Assembly: GCA_038496445.1 (NCBI GenBank)
Contig: JALMLS010000022.1
Location: 67,594-131,593, forward strand
Length of the DNA: 64,000 bases
Reading direction: 5' to 3'
DNA from: Trichosphaerium sp. ATCC 40318
Taxonomy: Eukaryota; Protista; Tubulinea
Shown here: positions 24,339-37,533 of the stretch, piece after piece
Layout of the letters: every line of letters begins with the position of its first letter
Numbering within the stretch: the first letter of the stretch is position 1
Notes under the pieces: model-generated
What the model was told of the DNA's origin: nothing
Databases searched by the model: none
Seen by the model: the letters and a program-made list of their open reading frames with translations, nothing else
Position numbers and translations under genes: made by a program

Positions 24339-27300
24339 ATGGCAACTACTCCGGTATTTCCTGTCACTAAGGTAGCTATTTACAAACACGGTGTGGCATA
24401 TTTCGAGAGGTAAGCGACGAAAGAGTTGCAACGGATAAAAACCGTTTTTCTGACAACTTTTTTAGAGAAATAGAGCTAGAACCAGGCTCAGGACAAGTTG
24501 ATCTCGTTTTTCATCATAAGGAGATTAACGATGTTCTAAAAACGCTTACTGTAGTTGATGAATCTGAAAACGGCGTGATTAAGAGTGTTTCATATGAAAC
24601 AAGCGGCAAAAAAGAGAAAACAGAAAAAAACTCCCGTAGGCACGTCATTGTACTAAATAACGCTCGTTACTAACTCACGACGCAGAAAACTGATTGGAGA
24701 CGGTGCTTATGGTATGTCAGAGTTACTATGGAATCTACGCGGCGTAAAAATCAGTTTCGACGTCAACAAAGCTGATACTAAGGTACATAAAGACAAGTTG
24801 TCACAAAAATACTTCAAAACGCACTAAACATAGTAACACTTCTCCAGACAAGGAACGTATGCGGTCTGCTTGTTGGTATAGAGAAGCAAAAGAAGTTTAT
24901 AAAAGTAGACGAAAATACGAAAGTGCCAACAGAAAATCATGTCGTTACAATGCTTGTAGATGGAGATACAGTATGTAACTTTGAAACAGTAGAAATATCA
25001 AACCTTAAAATACACGATGAAGTTATAAAAGAGGTACAAAATGCGAAAAAAGCAGAAAATTTTCTAGCAGAAAAGTTTATCAAAACCCAGAGTCATCTGA
25101 CTTGTTTTAGGAATTGAAACAATCTCTATTGAATAGTTTGGATACTAGACAACGTGAACCAGAAGATACAACAAGACAGGTTACGATCTTTGCTCATGGA
25201 GACAAAAAGAGGAAGATTAAGGTGCGTTTTGGTTTGTTTTGTAGAAGTATACTGTTCTCACATATCTGAAGGCCTCTTACGTCCTTGCAAATGCTGTGTG
25301 GAAAACCTCGTATAGAGTGAATATCTTGAACACAACAGAATCAGAATTTCTAAGCAAGAAAGGCAAGATTCAACTAGATCCTTGCGTACACCTACAAGGT
25401 ACAATTTTTTTATTTCTTTAGAATATGTTCTCTTTGATCATGTCTTCGTCTTACATCGACTCACACTTCTTTTAAAGGTTGGGCTATTGTGAATAACAGC
25501 CGCAAAGAAGATTGGAGCAATATTTCACTCGTATTGGTATCGGGTGTGCCTATTTCTTTCAGGATGGAGCTTTATACACCTCTTTGGAAGTCAAGACCAT
25601 TGTTAAGCTTGCATGAAGAAGGTGCTGTTCTACCACCTGATGAAGCATCAACCATAAGCCAAGTTGCAACTGTACGTTCTTTGGTTTTTATCACTAAACA
25701 ATTTGTGCTCACGTGGATTTGTTCTAGACGACTAACACTAACAGTAACACCTCTGGTGGTTTTTCCAATGCGTTTGGTTCTTCTGCAGGACCACCCCAAC
25801 CAGCACAACCAGCACCGCAACAAATGCCACAACAACAACAACAACCGGTTACATTTGGATTTGGTTCTTCTAGTAGTACGTTTAGTTTTGATGCTGTATT
25901 ACACAACAGAAATAGTGCTTACTCTAGTTTTCAGATAACAACAGCAACAGGCAACAGTATGGTAAAGGTGGTTCCTTTGGTTATTCTTTTGTACCTGGAA
26001 CTGCATCAGTACGCAAACAATCAGGAGGAACACGGACTATGGAACACGCAGATAACTTCTACTACCATGTTGATCATCCAGTTACTGTTAAGAAAAAGCA
26101 ATCCGCTCTTGTACCTATTTTGGCCCACGTGCTCAATGCAAAGAATATTGCAATATACAACAAGGTACGGTTTGATCTCATATTATAGAATCCAGCAAGG
26201 AGCATATAACAATCATCTAACCATTTATGTAGGAAGTTAGAGAGAAGAATCCGCTTAAGGCTCTTCTTATTAAGAACAACAGCACTATGCCTTTGACAAG
26301 TGGTCCTATCACAGTTCATAAAGACAACTTGTATCAAGGAGAAGCATTGATGCATGGTATTAAGCCTGGGGAACAAATTGTTCTTCCTTATGGTGTTGAG
26401 CTTTCTGTATCTGTTACAGATAAATCAGAGTTAAAATATAGATTCGTGCATAGCATAGCCGTTTCGGGAGCATCAGTTGCTTGCACAAGGTACTTTTTTT
26501 TTACTCTTCAAATTGCACTTAAACAAACAAACCTTCATGAATGCATTCACGTGATTTTTTTTTTGTATCTATTTTGGGTTTTTTGAAGAAATAATTATCT
26601 TTTATAACCTTTACCTAGACGTTGCTTCTATCATACTTCGTATCATTTTGATAATAAGGGAACTGCAAGTGCGAATATAATTGTAGAGCATTCAGCAAAA
26701 TGGAAAAATGTATTTGGCGGAGGTATAGATAAATCGAAACTGAAGAGTCAAGAACATCTTCTTGAAGTAACTGATAATGGATACCGGTTTGCAAGAAAGG
26801 CTACTTCAAATTCTATAACGTACGTCAGTAAGAAAAAAAGACTCACTGTCAGAGTAAACTTGAAATTCCGGCATCATTTGAACTCGCTTTACTTTTCTCA
26901 TGATTTAAGCTTTTTTTATTTATTTTTATGTTAGGAGCTTGGACATAGTGGAAGAGGGTTTTAAGACCTCAATTTTGAGAATCGATCCGAGGATTACAGA
27001 GGAGATAGTTCAAAAGCATTTTAAAGCTAAAAATATTAACAAAGAGGTTCTTGACATTCTTGAGCCTTTTGTGAAATTTGCTGAAGAGATGCGCACTCTC
27101 AATGCTTCGATACACGAGAAACGTAAGGAGCTTGAGCAGGTCTACAGAGACTTCCAAAGGGTAAGTCTTTATACCAGTGAAGTAAAAGCAATACTAATCT
27201 TTTGTTAGATTGGTCAAAGTCTTAGTGACCTTGAAGGCGCTCAAGACCATGAGTTGAGGAATAGATGGGCTACAGAGTTAATGAGCCAAGAAGACTCTTT

Positions 27301-27933
27301 TAGAGATATTCGCAAAGCTATTAAAGAGTTAACAAAGGAAGGAGAAGCGAAAGAAAAAGAGTTCAATCAAAAAGCTAATGATCTAAGCGGAAATTTTACT
27401 CTAGAAGTTGGCGAAGAACAAGACCACTTTTGTTACTTCGGCACTAGTGGATTTGGATCTAATAATAACGCTTTCTCAGGAGGATCTCTTTTCGGTGCCC
27501 ATAAACAATGTAAGTATTTCTCAAAAGAGCTGTTTGATGACGTGTAATTATATGTTAAATTTTTTTTCTAGATGTTCAAGATATGGGTAAGAACTTTGCT
27601 ATCTCTGCTGGTAAGAGATCAAGAGGTAAAAAGCCATCTGCGCCACCTCAACCTCAGCAACAGCAGCAGCAGCTTAAGAACGCGCTTGCAGTGCCTCCAC
27701 CTGGATTTGGATCGTCCAATACAGGATTTGGAGCACCTCGTCAGGGAGGATTTGGTAGAGGTTCTGGAGGATTATTTGGTACAAATTCCAATACAGGATT
27801 TGGAGCACCTCAGGGAGGATTTTCTGGAGGATTTGGATCAAATTCCAATACAGGATTTGGAGCGCCTCGTCAGGGCAGCGGTAGTCCTCCAGGAATGTTT
27901 GGAAATGAACCGTTTGGTTCAAACAACTCATGA
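24339..27933 (+). CDS. DUF4140/DUF4139-type protein with coiled coil and FG-rich C-terminal tail
   Basis: FPVTKVAIYKHGVAYFER, INDVLKTLTVVDE, SYVLANAVWKTSYRV, QGWAIVNNSRKEDWSNISLVLVSGVPISFRMELYTPLW and KKQSALVPI are typical of the bacterial DUF4139 family. Confidence 0.82.
27700..27880 (+). repeat. Three coding direct repeats TCCAATACAGGATTTGGAGC(A/G)CCTC encoding SNTGFGAP (FG repeats)
   Basis: Copies at about 27715, 27787 and 27844. Confidence 0.85.
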
Positions 27934-28515
27934 TGTTGTTAAATTATGTTTCACGAACGACTACAGAAAATAATAAAATTGACGTTTAGTAAACAGCCCT
28001 TGTAATTGTTTTAGTGTTCTTTCTGCGTTGGTTCTACCACTTCTTTGTATAAACGGAATTAATCAATGTTCCTCTTGCGAGTTACACGAGCAGAAGAGTG
28101 TATATTATAATGTAGTGCGTACAACAGAAACAATTTAGGAGCATAGCTAGAATTTTGTTTTTTATCATTTTTTCAACGCCATTTTTATTCCTTTTGCTTG
28201 AATTAGAAGGGCGAATCCGCCCACAAACTCAAAGTTCTGTTGCGTTGGCCACATAATAAAATTGAAAAAAAATGTTTTTTTTTTGGTTCACACACCACGT
28301 GGGTCATTGTAGAAACGCTTTTTATACTACTATGGTACAGTACTACGCCCTTGTATTATAAATACGCTATTTTTCGACTTAAGGAGCAACCAGTAAGCCT
28401 GAAAAAAAAAAAATTAGATAAAATAAAAAATTGTAACGAAGCACGTGCGTTCTCGATACGATTCTCAATATCAACACTTTCATACCCATACACTCATTAA
28501 ATTCAATCTTGCGCG

Positions 28516-29288
28516 ATGAATACTACCTCAGACTACGTAATTTCAGGTGGAGAAGGCGAAGAAGGTGATAGTAATGAAAACAATAACGAAATAGATGAAG
28601 AAGACGATAGAAAGGTTGATAACAAGTATAAACGTAAAAGGTACGCGTTGTTTTGACTGTTAAAAAAAACAAAGACACGCTAAGTACACACTGTATCGCT
28701 TTTGTTGACACCGCTTCGTTTTTTTTTTGTAGAAGCGACCAACCTGAGTATGCAAGACGTAAATCTCATAAGCTCGCAGAAAAGAAGCGTAGAGATCGTT
28801 TCAACGAACAAATAAAGCTTCTAGATGAGTTGGTACCTCCAGACGAGGCTGAAGGTAGACGTAGGAAGAATAAGACGCAATCTTTGGAAAGAGCAGTTGA
28901 GTATTTACGCAAGCTGCAAGATACCAACGTCCGCCTTGAGAGTGATGTAAAGGAGCTCCATGAAGAGTTACAAGCACTCAAAAGACAAAAACAGCATCAC
29001 ACACCAATGAATATGGACAGGCTTTCGGAGGGATACCATTCATGTGATGATATGCTCAGCAGTGATGCTAGAGCCGAGATTGAAAGAGCACGTAAAATGC
29101 AATTAAGTTCAGTTGACGTTCTTGTCGAAGAACAGATGTCAAATGGCATGGAAGATAACGACTCTGCGGATGCTGATAACCATATGTTGGATAGAAGTGA
29201 TAGCTCCTCTCATGGCGACATCTCTAATAACCATCGTCCTAATTACTTGATTATACCCAAAAACGTGCCGTTTTTATTCAACTTTTGA
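28516..29288 (+). CDS. bHLH-leucine zipper transcription factor (group B, CACGTG-binding type)
   Basis: RRKSHKLAEKKRRDRFNEQIKLLDELVP...KNKTQSLERAVEYLRKLQ followed by a zipper; H-E-R signature; one intron at about 28641-28732. Confidence 0.9.
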
Positions 29289-29772
29289 AGCTATTTGGGG
29301 AAAGCTATGGACGCTCAGAACTGAGTCGTTTACTATAATGTAACCTTCTTTTTTTTTTGTGATTGTGAAATAAACAACTTTTAATTTTACTGGCTTTTTG
29401 ATTCTAATCGCTCAACAGATGTGTTTAATGAGATGCACCACCCTTTATAGCTTGGCACAGAATTACGAGAAATTGTTTGCCACTGATTTTCAGAAGCACA
29501 TGCTGTGGAGCGTTAATATCTACTCAGTTGTGGAGTGTAAGCGACTTGGTATTTTCGCTTTTGTGGTACATTTGGACAAATCAGTTCCCACACTGCGATC
29601 TAAGTAGTGTCTTCAAGCCTACGATGTCCCAGAGAATCATATAGTGAACCGAGATTATTGGCATTGAGAATCTAATTCTTGTTAAATTCTGGTGAGATAT
29701 TTCGAAGGACATTTCTTTTATGACTTAGAAAGGTGTCGACTTTCCAAAAAGAATCAGTCAAATTCATTAAGA

Positions 29773-30533
29773 ATGCAACTTCTCCTCAGCCTTACTGTTT
29801 TCCTGTGCTTTGTTTGCTTCGCTGCTAGCTCTAAATCGATTCCTTTCGTATACAACATCGGTGAGTGCAAACCATCGCAAGATAACGCCACTGAATACAG
29901 GGTACGCTTTAAAAACACGCTAGCATATACGATTAACTCTCCTTCAGTTGTTTTGTCACTCTGGTCCTCAAAAAATTATTACTAGCTTCGGTACAGTATA
30001 GACTTAGTAATGTAAACTCACCTGCAAGTATAGGAGCAAAGACAGGTGTTGAAACAAAAATCGAACACCGCGGATTCGGCACTGTCGGTACGCACTAGTA
30101 GCAGTAGCAAGCGCACCTAACTCTTAATGTAGCACACACAAACATTGTTGTTGAGCGTGCAACTGACGGCTCATTCACCTTGGTAACTCCTTCAAGACGT
30201 ACGCATTAATAAAAAGCCGCTATTGCGCCAACTAACGATTATTTTGAAGTCGAGTTCGGAGTACACAGAGATAAACCACATGCCATGTTCGTACGCTCTC
30301 CAAAGGGAACCACTGCTCTCAGATTTGGCGAAGAAAACGCTGTGGTACGTTTTGGCGCTGTTTTCTTTTCGAAAGTCGAAAATCGCTAAATTCGGTTCTT
30401 TTACGTTTAGATTCCATTCGAAATCATTGGTGGTACTGGTAGCTTTGGTAAAGCAAAGGGATTCGGTTCTTTCACTATCTACAATGAAGGCGAAAAGATC
30501 ACTGGTGACGTTGCTGCTACTTACAACCTTTAA
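29773..30533 (+). CDS. Small secreted protein, dirigent/allene-oxide-cyclase-barrel-like
   Basis: Signal peptide MQLLLSLTVFLCFVCFAASS; last exon IPFEIIGGTGSFGKAKG matches the IxGGTGxFxxAxG motif. Confidence 0.55.
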
Positions 30534-30722
30534 TAAGCAATGTAAGAACAGATATGCAATAAACTCGTATCATTTCAGACGCATTTTGTCAGCTGTTTTA
30601 TGCGCAGATACCTGCATAGCCTTTCAGCTTGCGTAAAGCACCAACATTAAGATGGTCTCTTAAGTGCAGTAGCTGGGATTTTTGAGACGCTTAACAGTCT
30701 AAAAAAGCTCCAACTCTTTCAA

Positions 30723-33700
30723 ATGGCATCAAGTCACAACGCCATAGGTATTTTACTTGTAGTGATTGCTTTGTCGCTTCAAATATACGCTCAGGACAAG
30801 TGCTTTGAAGGATTACAGCCTGATAACGCCTCCAAGTTCGGAACAGCTTTTGCTGCGCTTGAATCTTTTTATGTAGTGTCAGGAGCTACAGTACAAGGTA
30901 AAAAATCCTGACAGGTTTAAAATGTCATTGGCATTGTCGTTTAAAGTTCTACAAGCCTTATTTACCGCCAAACACGTTATTCAAGTACGCACGCCTCGCT
31001 AATAAATATATTTTCAAGAGAACGCCGTTTGGGTTTTTCAGAATCGCTCAGGCGTCTGGGTTAACGCTGAGATACCTGCGCCATCAACTACCGACGATTG
31101 GGGCAAGTCTATTGCGATTTCTAATGAATATCTTGTAATAAGCGCAGATGAAGTCGTGGAGGTATGATAAGAAAAAAAAAGCCTGGAGAAAATGTCGAAG
31201 GCCTTATTGATTTTTCCGTTCCTAGGTTTTTGCTTACAATGAAGATGGATGTAAAGAGAATATAACTAAGTGCTGGCACTATGCAGAAACTCTAACAACT
31301 GAGAAATGCCCTACAAACAAAACTTGTTCTTTTGGAAACAATGTGCACGTGGAAAATAACACTATTTTTGTTGGCTTGCCTAAAGGCAATGGAGGTATGG
31401 TAGTACTGGAATTTTAGTGTAGTATTATCACACAATATCCACAGAGTTAATTTTATGAAAAGGTAATGGCGAGGTCATTGTTTATGATCGTAATCTTACA
31501 AATTCGAATATCAGTTTCGTTGAAACCGTACGATATTTTTTTGTTGTGACTTTACTTTCTTTTGACTCTTTCTTGACAGGCTACAATTACGCCTCCTGGT
31601 ACTCTTAGTGATGCAGGGTTCGGAACCGCTATAGATTCTGCAGATGGCGGTAACGTTGTTATTATTGGAGCGCCAACAACTCTTGTTGGTGTTCAAGTAC
31701 AACGTGGTGTGTCATTGGTGTATCGTAGATCAACACCGCCAAACTGGGCTCGTACGTAAAATAAATGTTACAATTTATCTCTCCTAATATATATGTAGTG
31801 GTTAAACAATTGGATTCTCTAACTGATGGAGGTTGAGCGAGAAAATGACACGTGTTTGTTTTTTTCTTATTTTTTTGTAATAGGCTTACAAGAATTCGGT
31901 TCTTCTGTACTTCTTGTCCCAAATGGTGATTCTAGTGACTTGATTGCCGCAGTTGGAACAAGTAAGAACTTATTATTACTCTGTATTATTAAGGTGTTGA
32001 TTTTATTTTCATAGACATCGTCTCTTCTCAAGGAAGGGCATATGTACTGACATCAGTTTGGGTTTTTTTTTCTGTTGACAATTTTGTTAGTTGTACTGTT
32101 GCGAAAGCACAGGTTTCAAGGAAACAATGATATTATCACCTGAGAAGTTTACTGTTCGAGCTAATTTTGGTTTTTCTCTTGCAGCAAAAGTCATTGGTTG
32201 GTCTTCAGAAAACAAATTACAAAATCAGTTAATAAATTTTTTAGGTAAAAATATACTTCTTGCCGTTGGTGGACCTTCTCTTCAAGTTACTCCAGAAGCA
32301 ATGCAAGGTACATACGTTTCAACTATTTATATGTATTTAACTGTCTACAAGGAATTGTGGCAGTGTATGTTGTGAAGAAAGACTTGACAAGTTCCAACTT
32401 GAGTATGTTTTATTATTGGTTCTCAGTTCACTAACCAGCGTTAATGTAAGTTGATATCTCATACCTAAAATTTCCTGAAGTCACTGGTCCAGCTGCATAC
32501 GGAACAGGGTTATATATAGCAGATGATTTGAGCGTTGTAGCATCTGCACCAATATACGAGTTCGTAGGTAAGCGTCAGTAACTTTTTTCCCTTTTTTTTG
32601 TATTTTTATCCCGCTTAAAAAACCAAGGTATGCTATTTATTCATGATGTCTCAACGGCTTGGCGCGTGAACAACAAAGTCATAGATGATACTCCTTTATC
32701 AGTTGCTCAGAACGGAACTTTGTGTACGTCTCAGTACTTAGTGCAGATGATGAGCTTGAACTTTATTCAATGCCAATCTTAATAACTTATTTAATAGTAA
32801 TTAATGTTTTGGACACCAGTCAAAGCTACATTGTCGAATTTACGCCAGTCGATTCTCCTCAAAACACAACGAATGCTACTGCTGTTGTGGTCGATGAATA
32901 TCAACTTAAAACTATTGGTGAGGCTAAAAAAAAATTACCAAAACAATAGTACTTATTTATTTGTTTTTTTAGTACCTGAAGACACTTTTGACGGCTTAGG
33001 TACTACCTGCTCTATTACCCTCTTCAGTGATGACGCTAATAAAAGTTATAGTAACTGTATCAATTCGTAGCAATGGAGGTAAGTTATTTTCTTGTGGTCA
33101 AGACATCAACAGAAACATTGAAGGTACATCAAAAATAGATAATCTACGTTACAACTGTTAACAATTTAATCACAAGTGTTCACACCTGTTCCTGTACCTC
33201 CTACTCCAGCCCCAACAAATCCACCTACTCTACCTCCGGTTCCACCGACTAGGGCTCCTACAACAAAGGCACCGCTTGCTCCTCAGTCTCCACAAGTACC
33301 TTCAGCATCCCCAACAAAAGCACCTAGCAAACCAGTTCCTTCTTCTCCGAGCAAGCCTGTTCCAACGCCGCCTACTATGCCTTCTGTACCTTCAGCATCC
33401 CCAACAGCAAAACATCCAACTACGCACCCTACAACTCATGCGCCACCATCCAATAACAGTACCAATTTTTTTCAAATATTATAGCTTTATTAAACGGATA
33501 TAGGCATGCCAACCTCTGCACCTACTAAACCTGTATTACTCCTATGGCAAGAAATACTAATTGGCGCTGCTGGAGGTAACGAGTTTTTTGGTTTTAGAGT
33601 TGTTTTTGTTTGTTGTTGATCGAAGAATGCTAATGGAGTTTTTTTTTTCTAGGACTTATTCTTATTGGTATTGTTATCATTGTTTTAGTTTGCTGTTGTT

Positions 33701-33792
33701 TGAAAAAATGTTGTTGCGCTGGTGAAGTAGAATATGTTGATGCTGATTATAAACCAATAATGTCTGATGAAGAGCCATATAATGTAAATTAA
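30723..33792 (+). CDS. Type I membrane protein with FG-GAP (integrin-alpha-like) propeller, Pro/Thr stalk, TM and short Cys/Tyr tail
   Basis: Signal peptide; FGTAFAA, WGKSIAI, FGNNVH...FVGLP, FGTAIDSADGGNVVIIGAP, FGFSLAA...AVGGP; PTPAPT stalk at 33180-33460; TM EILIGAAGGLILIGIVIIVLVCCC. Confidence 0.82.
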
Positions 33793-34416
33793 ATAGGAGA
33801 AAAGTAATTTTTTAATGACCTTCCGAATTCTTTCCTTCTTACGCAATCATTGATGCAATTGCACTTCTCCTCAATCTCCCAGTATCATTTGAATACTTGC
33901 ATTCCCTCATCGTTTATCATACGTACATTGTTGTCGTGTACATAGGCTGCAGGTACTGAAGTTCTGTCTCAAAGATAAACGTTATTGTCAAGCATTCTGT
34001 ACAGAACTTCAACTACTGTGCAACTTTTACAACATTCCAAAAAGCCTAAAGCGGATAGTTGTGACACTCTTGACTGCTGCAGTCTATCAACAGAAAATAG
34101 AGGTCGGGTTTGTGAAACACTTGTACTAAGCACCTCAATAACAGATTGTATTGTGGATACTTTATGTGTCATGAGTTTTCTACGTAGTTAAGAAAAGTGA
34201 AGTATGATAAGAGTGCACTTTGGTACGTGTTGTTTTTGAATTAACAATAACACAAAAAGATTCAAGTGATAAACAAGAACAAAGATGTACTTTGTTAGGT
34301 TCTTCATATTAAATACAACATACACATTTTACTACATAAATACTATACCTAAGGAAGAGTTCATTTTTGTCTCACGTGTACAAAGTCGAAGAAAGTAAAT
34401 TGAATGTGTTTTTTCT

Positions 34417-36852
34417 TTAATAGTAGTAATCAACAACAACCGGTTCTCTCATTGTATTGCCTGCTGGATCATGCAACATACTTGCAGCATTCATAAACAT
34501 AATGCTTTCTTCACTTTTTTTGCCATACTGATAAATAGCAGTACCATGCTGATCGTGATTATGTCCATACACATGTAGCTAAAGAATAAAACAATTTAAA
34601 AAACATATTGTTCATTTTTACTACGTACACGTGGTCGAACACGATCTATAACTGTGGCAAGAAGGTCCTCACACCCCATTCTGTTTCCTGAGTAACCCAA
34701 ATCTAGAACAGAATATGGCGGAGAGTGTGTCACTAAAGACGAAGGTTAGCTTGAAAAAAAAACCTTCGCTAACGTACTTAAAATGTCAACACCTGTCGGT
34801 ATTTTACTCCAATACGACCCCTGAATATCGCTTCCTTTTACCCCAAATGCATTTGCCCAATAAAACAACCAAGGTCTCAATCTATGATGAGGAGTTCCAT
34901 AAAATACACAGCCCTCAATAACAACACTTGAATCTTGTAAATAAGTCGCATTTGAAAGCAAATTCTGAATATCAGCAACACTAGTCCCTAAAAAGCACGT
35001 GTGGATAAAAACTCTTTAAACGAACAATTCTCAATGTACCTTTAAAGAATACTTCATGGTTACCAGCAATCACAAGTTTATGCTTGTGAGGTAAACTAGC
35101 CAAGAAGGCGTTGAATTCCTTAACTCCTTTTTTACTTTGTTTGTATTTACAATAATCGCCACAATGAAGAAACACCTAATATAGGATCAGTAAGGCTTCT
35201 TTTGTACAATATAACATTTTACGTACATCGCCATCAGGCACTTTGGCCATGTTGTGGAGCGTATGTGTATCAGACATTATGACGAGTCTCAATTTCTTTT
35301 TCCAGTTTGACGTCTTTTTGATAGTGATTACTTTTCCTGGTACAATCTAAACAAATTTATTGGATTGAATGAACTCTATCTTCTTGTTACCCCGTTTTCT
35401 TCTATGTCTAGTATAGGTGGTGATGTTATTTTAGTAGGTAGAGACATATGTGTCCATTTTCCATCTTGCAAATAGATTCTGAACAAAACCATGTTAGCAA
35501 TACTGCAAGTTGATTAGATAATGTACCTCAAAACATGATCTAGTTTATCAAGTAGAAACACCTCTGTTCCGTTTTTTGTACAGCCCAAAAGATTAGTACA
35601 CTCCACAATGTCTTTAGCTATAACATTGAGTGCCAAACTTTTACCTTTTCCTAAATAAAGGTAAGAAGAAAGTGAGAAAAATAAACCCGAGAACCAAATT
35701 GAATCTGTATCAATGTATTATTTTCGTCAACACAAAACAAACAAGAACTTCCTATAACTGGTCCATATTTTATAGCGTCTATCTTCAGGGCTTCAGATAT
35801 GTTCATAGCATCCCAAGTGCCATGAGAAATGCTCATTTTCACTATTTCGTAGGTACTTGATGTAAAATAAATGTCTTCATTTGATATCCTAATGACACCA
35901 TCTTGTGGTACTTGAAACTTTGCTTGCATCTTTTAAAAAGAGTGTAAGGGTTACGTGAGTTTATACCAAATAAGGTGTACCTCGCTCAAAGGTTTACTAT
36001 TTACTGAAAGCTCGCTCCATCGAAACGTAGAATCTAACATTTTTTTAGAATTCTGCTAAGTTTGTTGTATACGTACTATATTTAGGGTTCACGTGGACAG
36101 TTGCTTCTACTATTCCTCCAGATTTAGTACCATAGTACATTTTGATGAGCTTTCCCTTTACAGTTAATACAGGGTCTAGTTAAACTCGTTAGTAGGTGTT
36201 GCTTGCGAAGACATGATGCGTACCAGTGAATGCTAATGGTAGCTCAGTTGTATACAAAGACGCCTTGGTTTTATCTGTAGGCACTACAAAATGTGTTCGA
36301 TTTGTCTCAGAACCAGACCATGATACAAAATAAATATGACCATCAGTATCACGATAAGCAATATGAAATCTATCATAGAATACTCCAGAAGGAGTACCAA
36401 CACCTTTAACACCTTGATTTTTGTAAGTTTTTATTGTTATTCAGGATCACGTGTACCTGAAGTTAAGGTGTATCCTACAAAGTCACCATCGCCTTTATTC
36501 CATGATGCCGCTTGCAATTTACCTTTGGAAGTAATATAGAAGATGGAAATGGCTCCTGAAGCGTCTTGCACAGTGAGACACCCAAGCTGTCCACATTTTT
36601 TGTTTACTTTTGGGAATGCTTTACTTGGCGATTCTTTATCAAGTATCATCCGCTTGTATTTGTTTTTGCGGCCAAAAATCTACCGTTTAAACGTAATTAG
36701 AATGGTTTTTCAAATACTAACAGTTGACAGCGCTAAAAACCACGTTCTGCGCGTCTTGGAGCTCGTACCTCGTTTACTAGCGCTGTTTGGCGTGAAACAT
36801 AAAAAACATGAACGTTGGAGGATAATACATGCTTCAATGGTAATACTGACAT
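34417..36852 (-). CDS. MPPED1/2-like metallophosphoesterase with N-terminal beta-propeller (fucose-lectin-like) region
   Basis: LRLVIMSDTH, DGDVFLHCGD, HKHKLVIAGNHE, THSPP, HVYGHNHD and FMNAAS. N-terminal exons are spliced in frame (ENG|IVPGK). Confidence 0.8.
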
Positions 36853-37533
36853 GCTTCACTCTGGTTTAGAGGTACTCATTTTCATGTACAAAATCGATTA
36901 ATTGAATTCAATTAAGCTGTAACGCGGGTTTAGCGAATGTAGTAATAATACTAACAGGTGCTAATTGTGAACAACTGTACATTTGGAGGTATAAGATGCG
37001 CATTTCGCCAGTGAAAATGACTCAGCGTTTCAAATAAAACTTGCTCAGCAAGGGATTTGGACAAAAAAAAATTCTGGATAAGTACTTTGCTAAAACCAAT
37101 AATTACGCTGTTGCTTTGTATTGCTTGAATAAAATTATCAATTTTTTTTTAGAGCAATGACACTTGGGTGCTGGTCTGCTATGCTATAGAGTAGCATTGT
37201 GGGTAAACGTTTTACCCTTTTTTCACTGCATCAATCACTTTTGAGAGTGATTACACTTATACCACAATCATGAATGAAAGACAGAATACAATTTATGGAC
37301 AAATAGAGATTGCAGAAATAGGACTGAAACGAAAAAAACGGTTCATAAACGTCCAAACTTTCCAGAGTACTAGGTTTGAGTTTACATAACTTCCTTGTTT
37401 ACAGCGCTGTTTACTAACTTTTTTAATACTAACTAAGCAAATGTCTAGATTATGATGGTAGTTCGAACAAGAATGAGAAGATAATTTATTATGTGTGGAG
37501 ATATGCTCGTTGATCTTTGCTTGTGCATTGAGC

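Noticed and set aside
27700-27880. CRISPR-like repeat-spacer pattern
   Set aside because: In-frame coding FG repeats in a eukaryotic gene; spacers are mutually similar; no cas genes.
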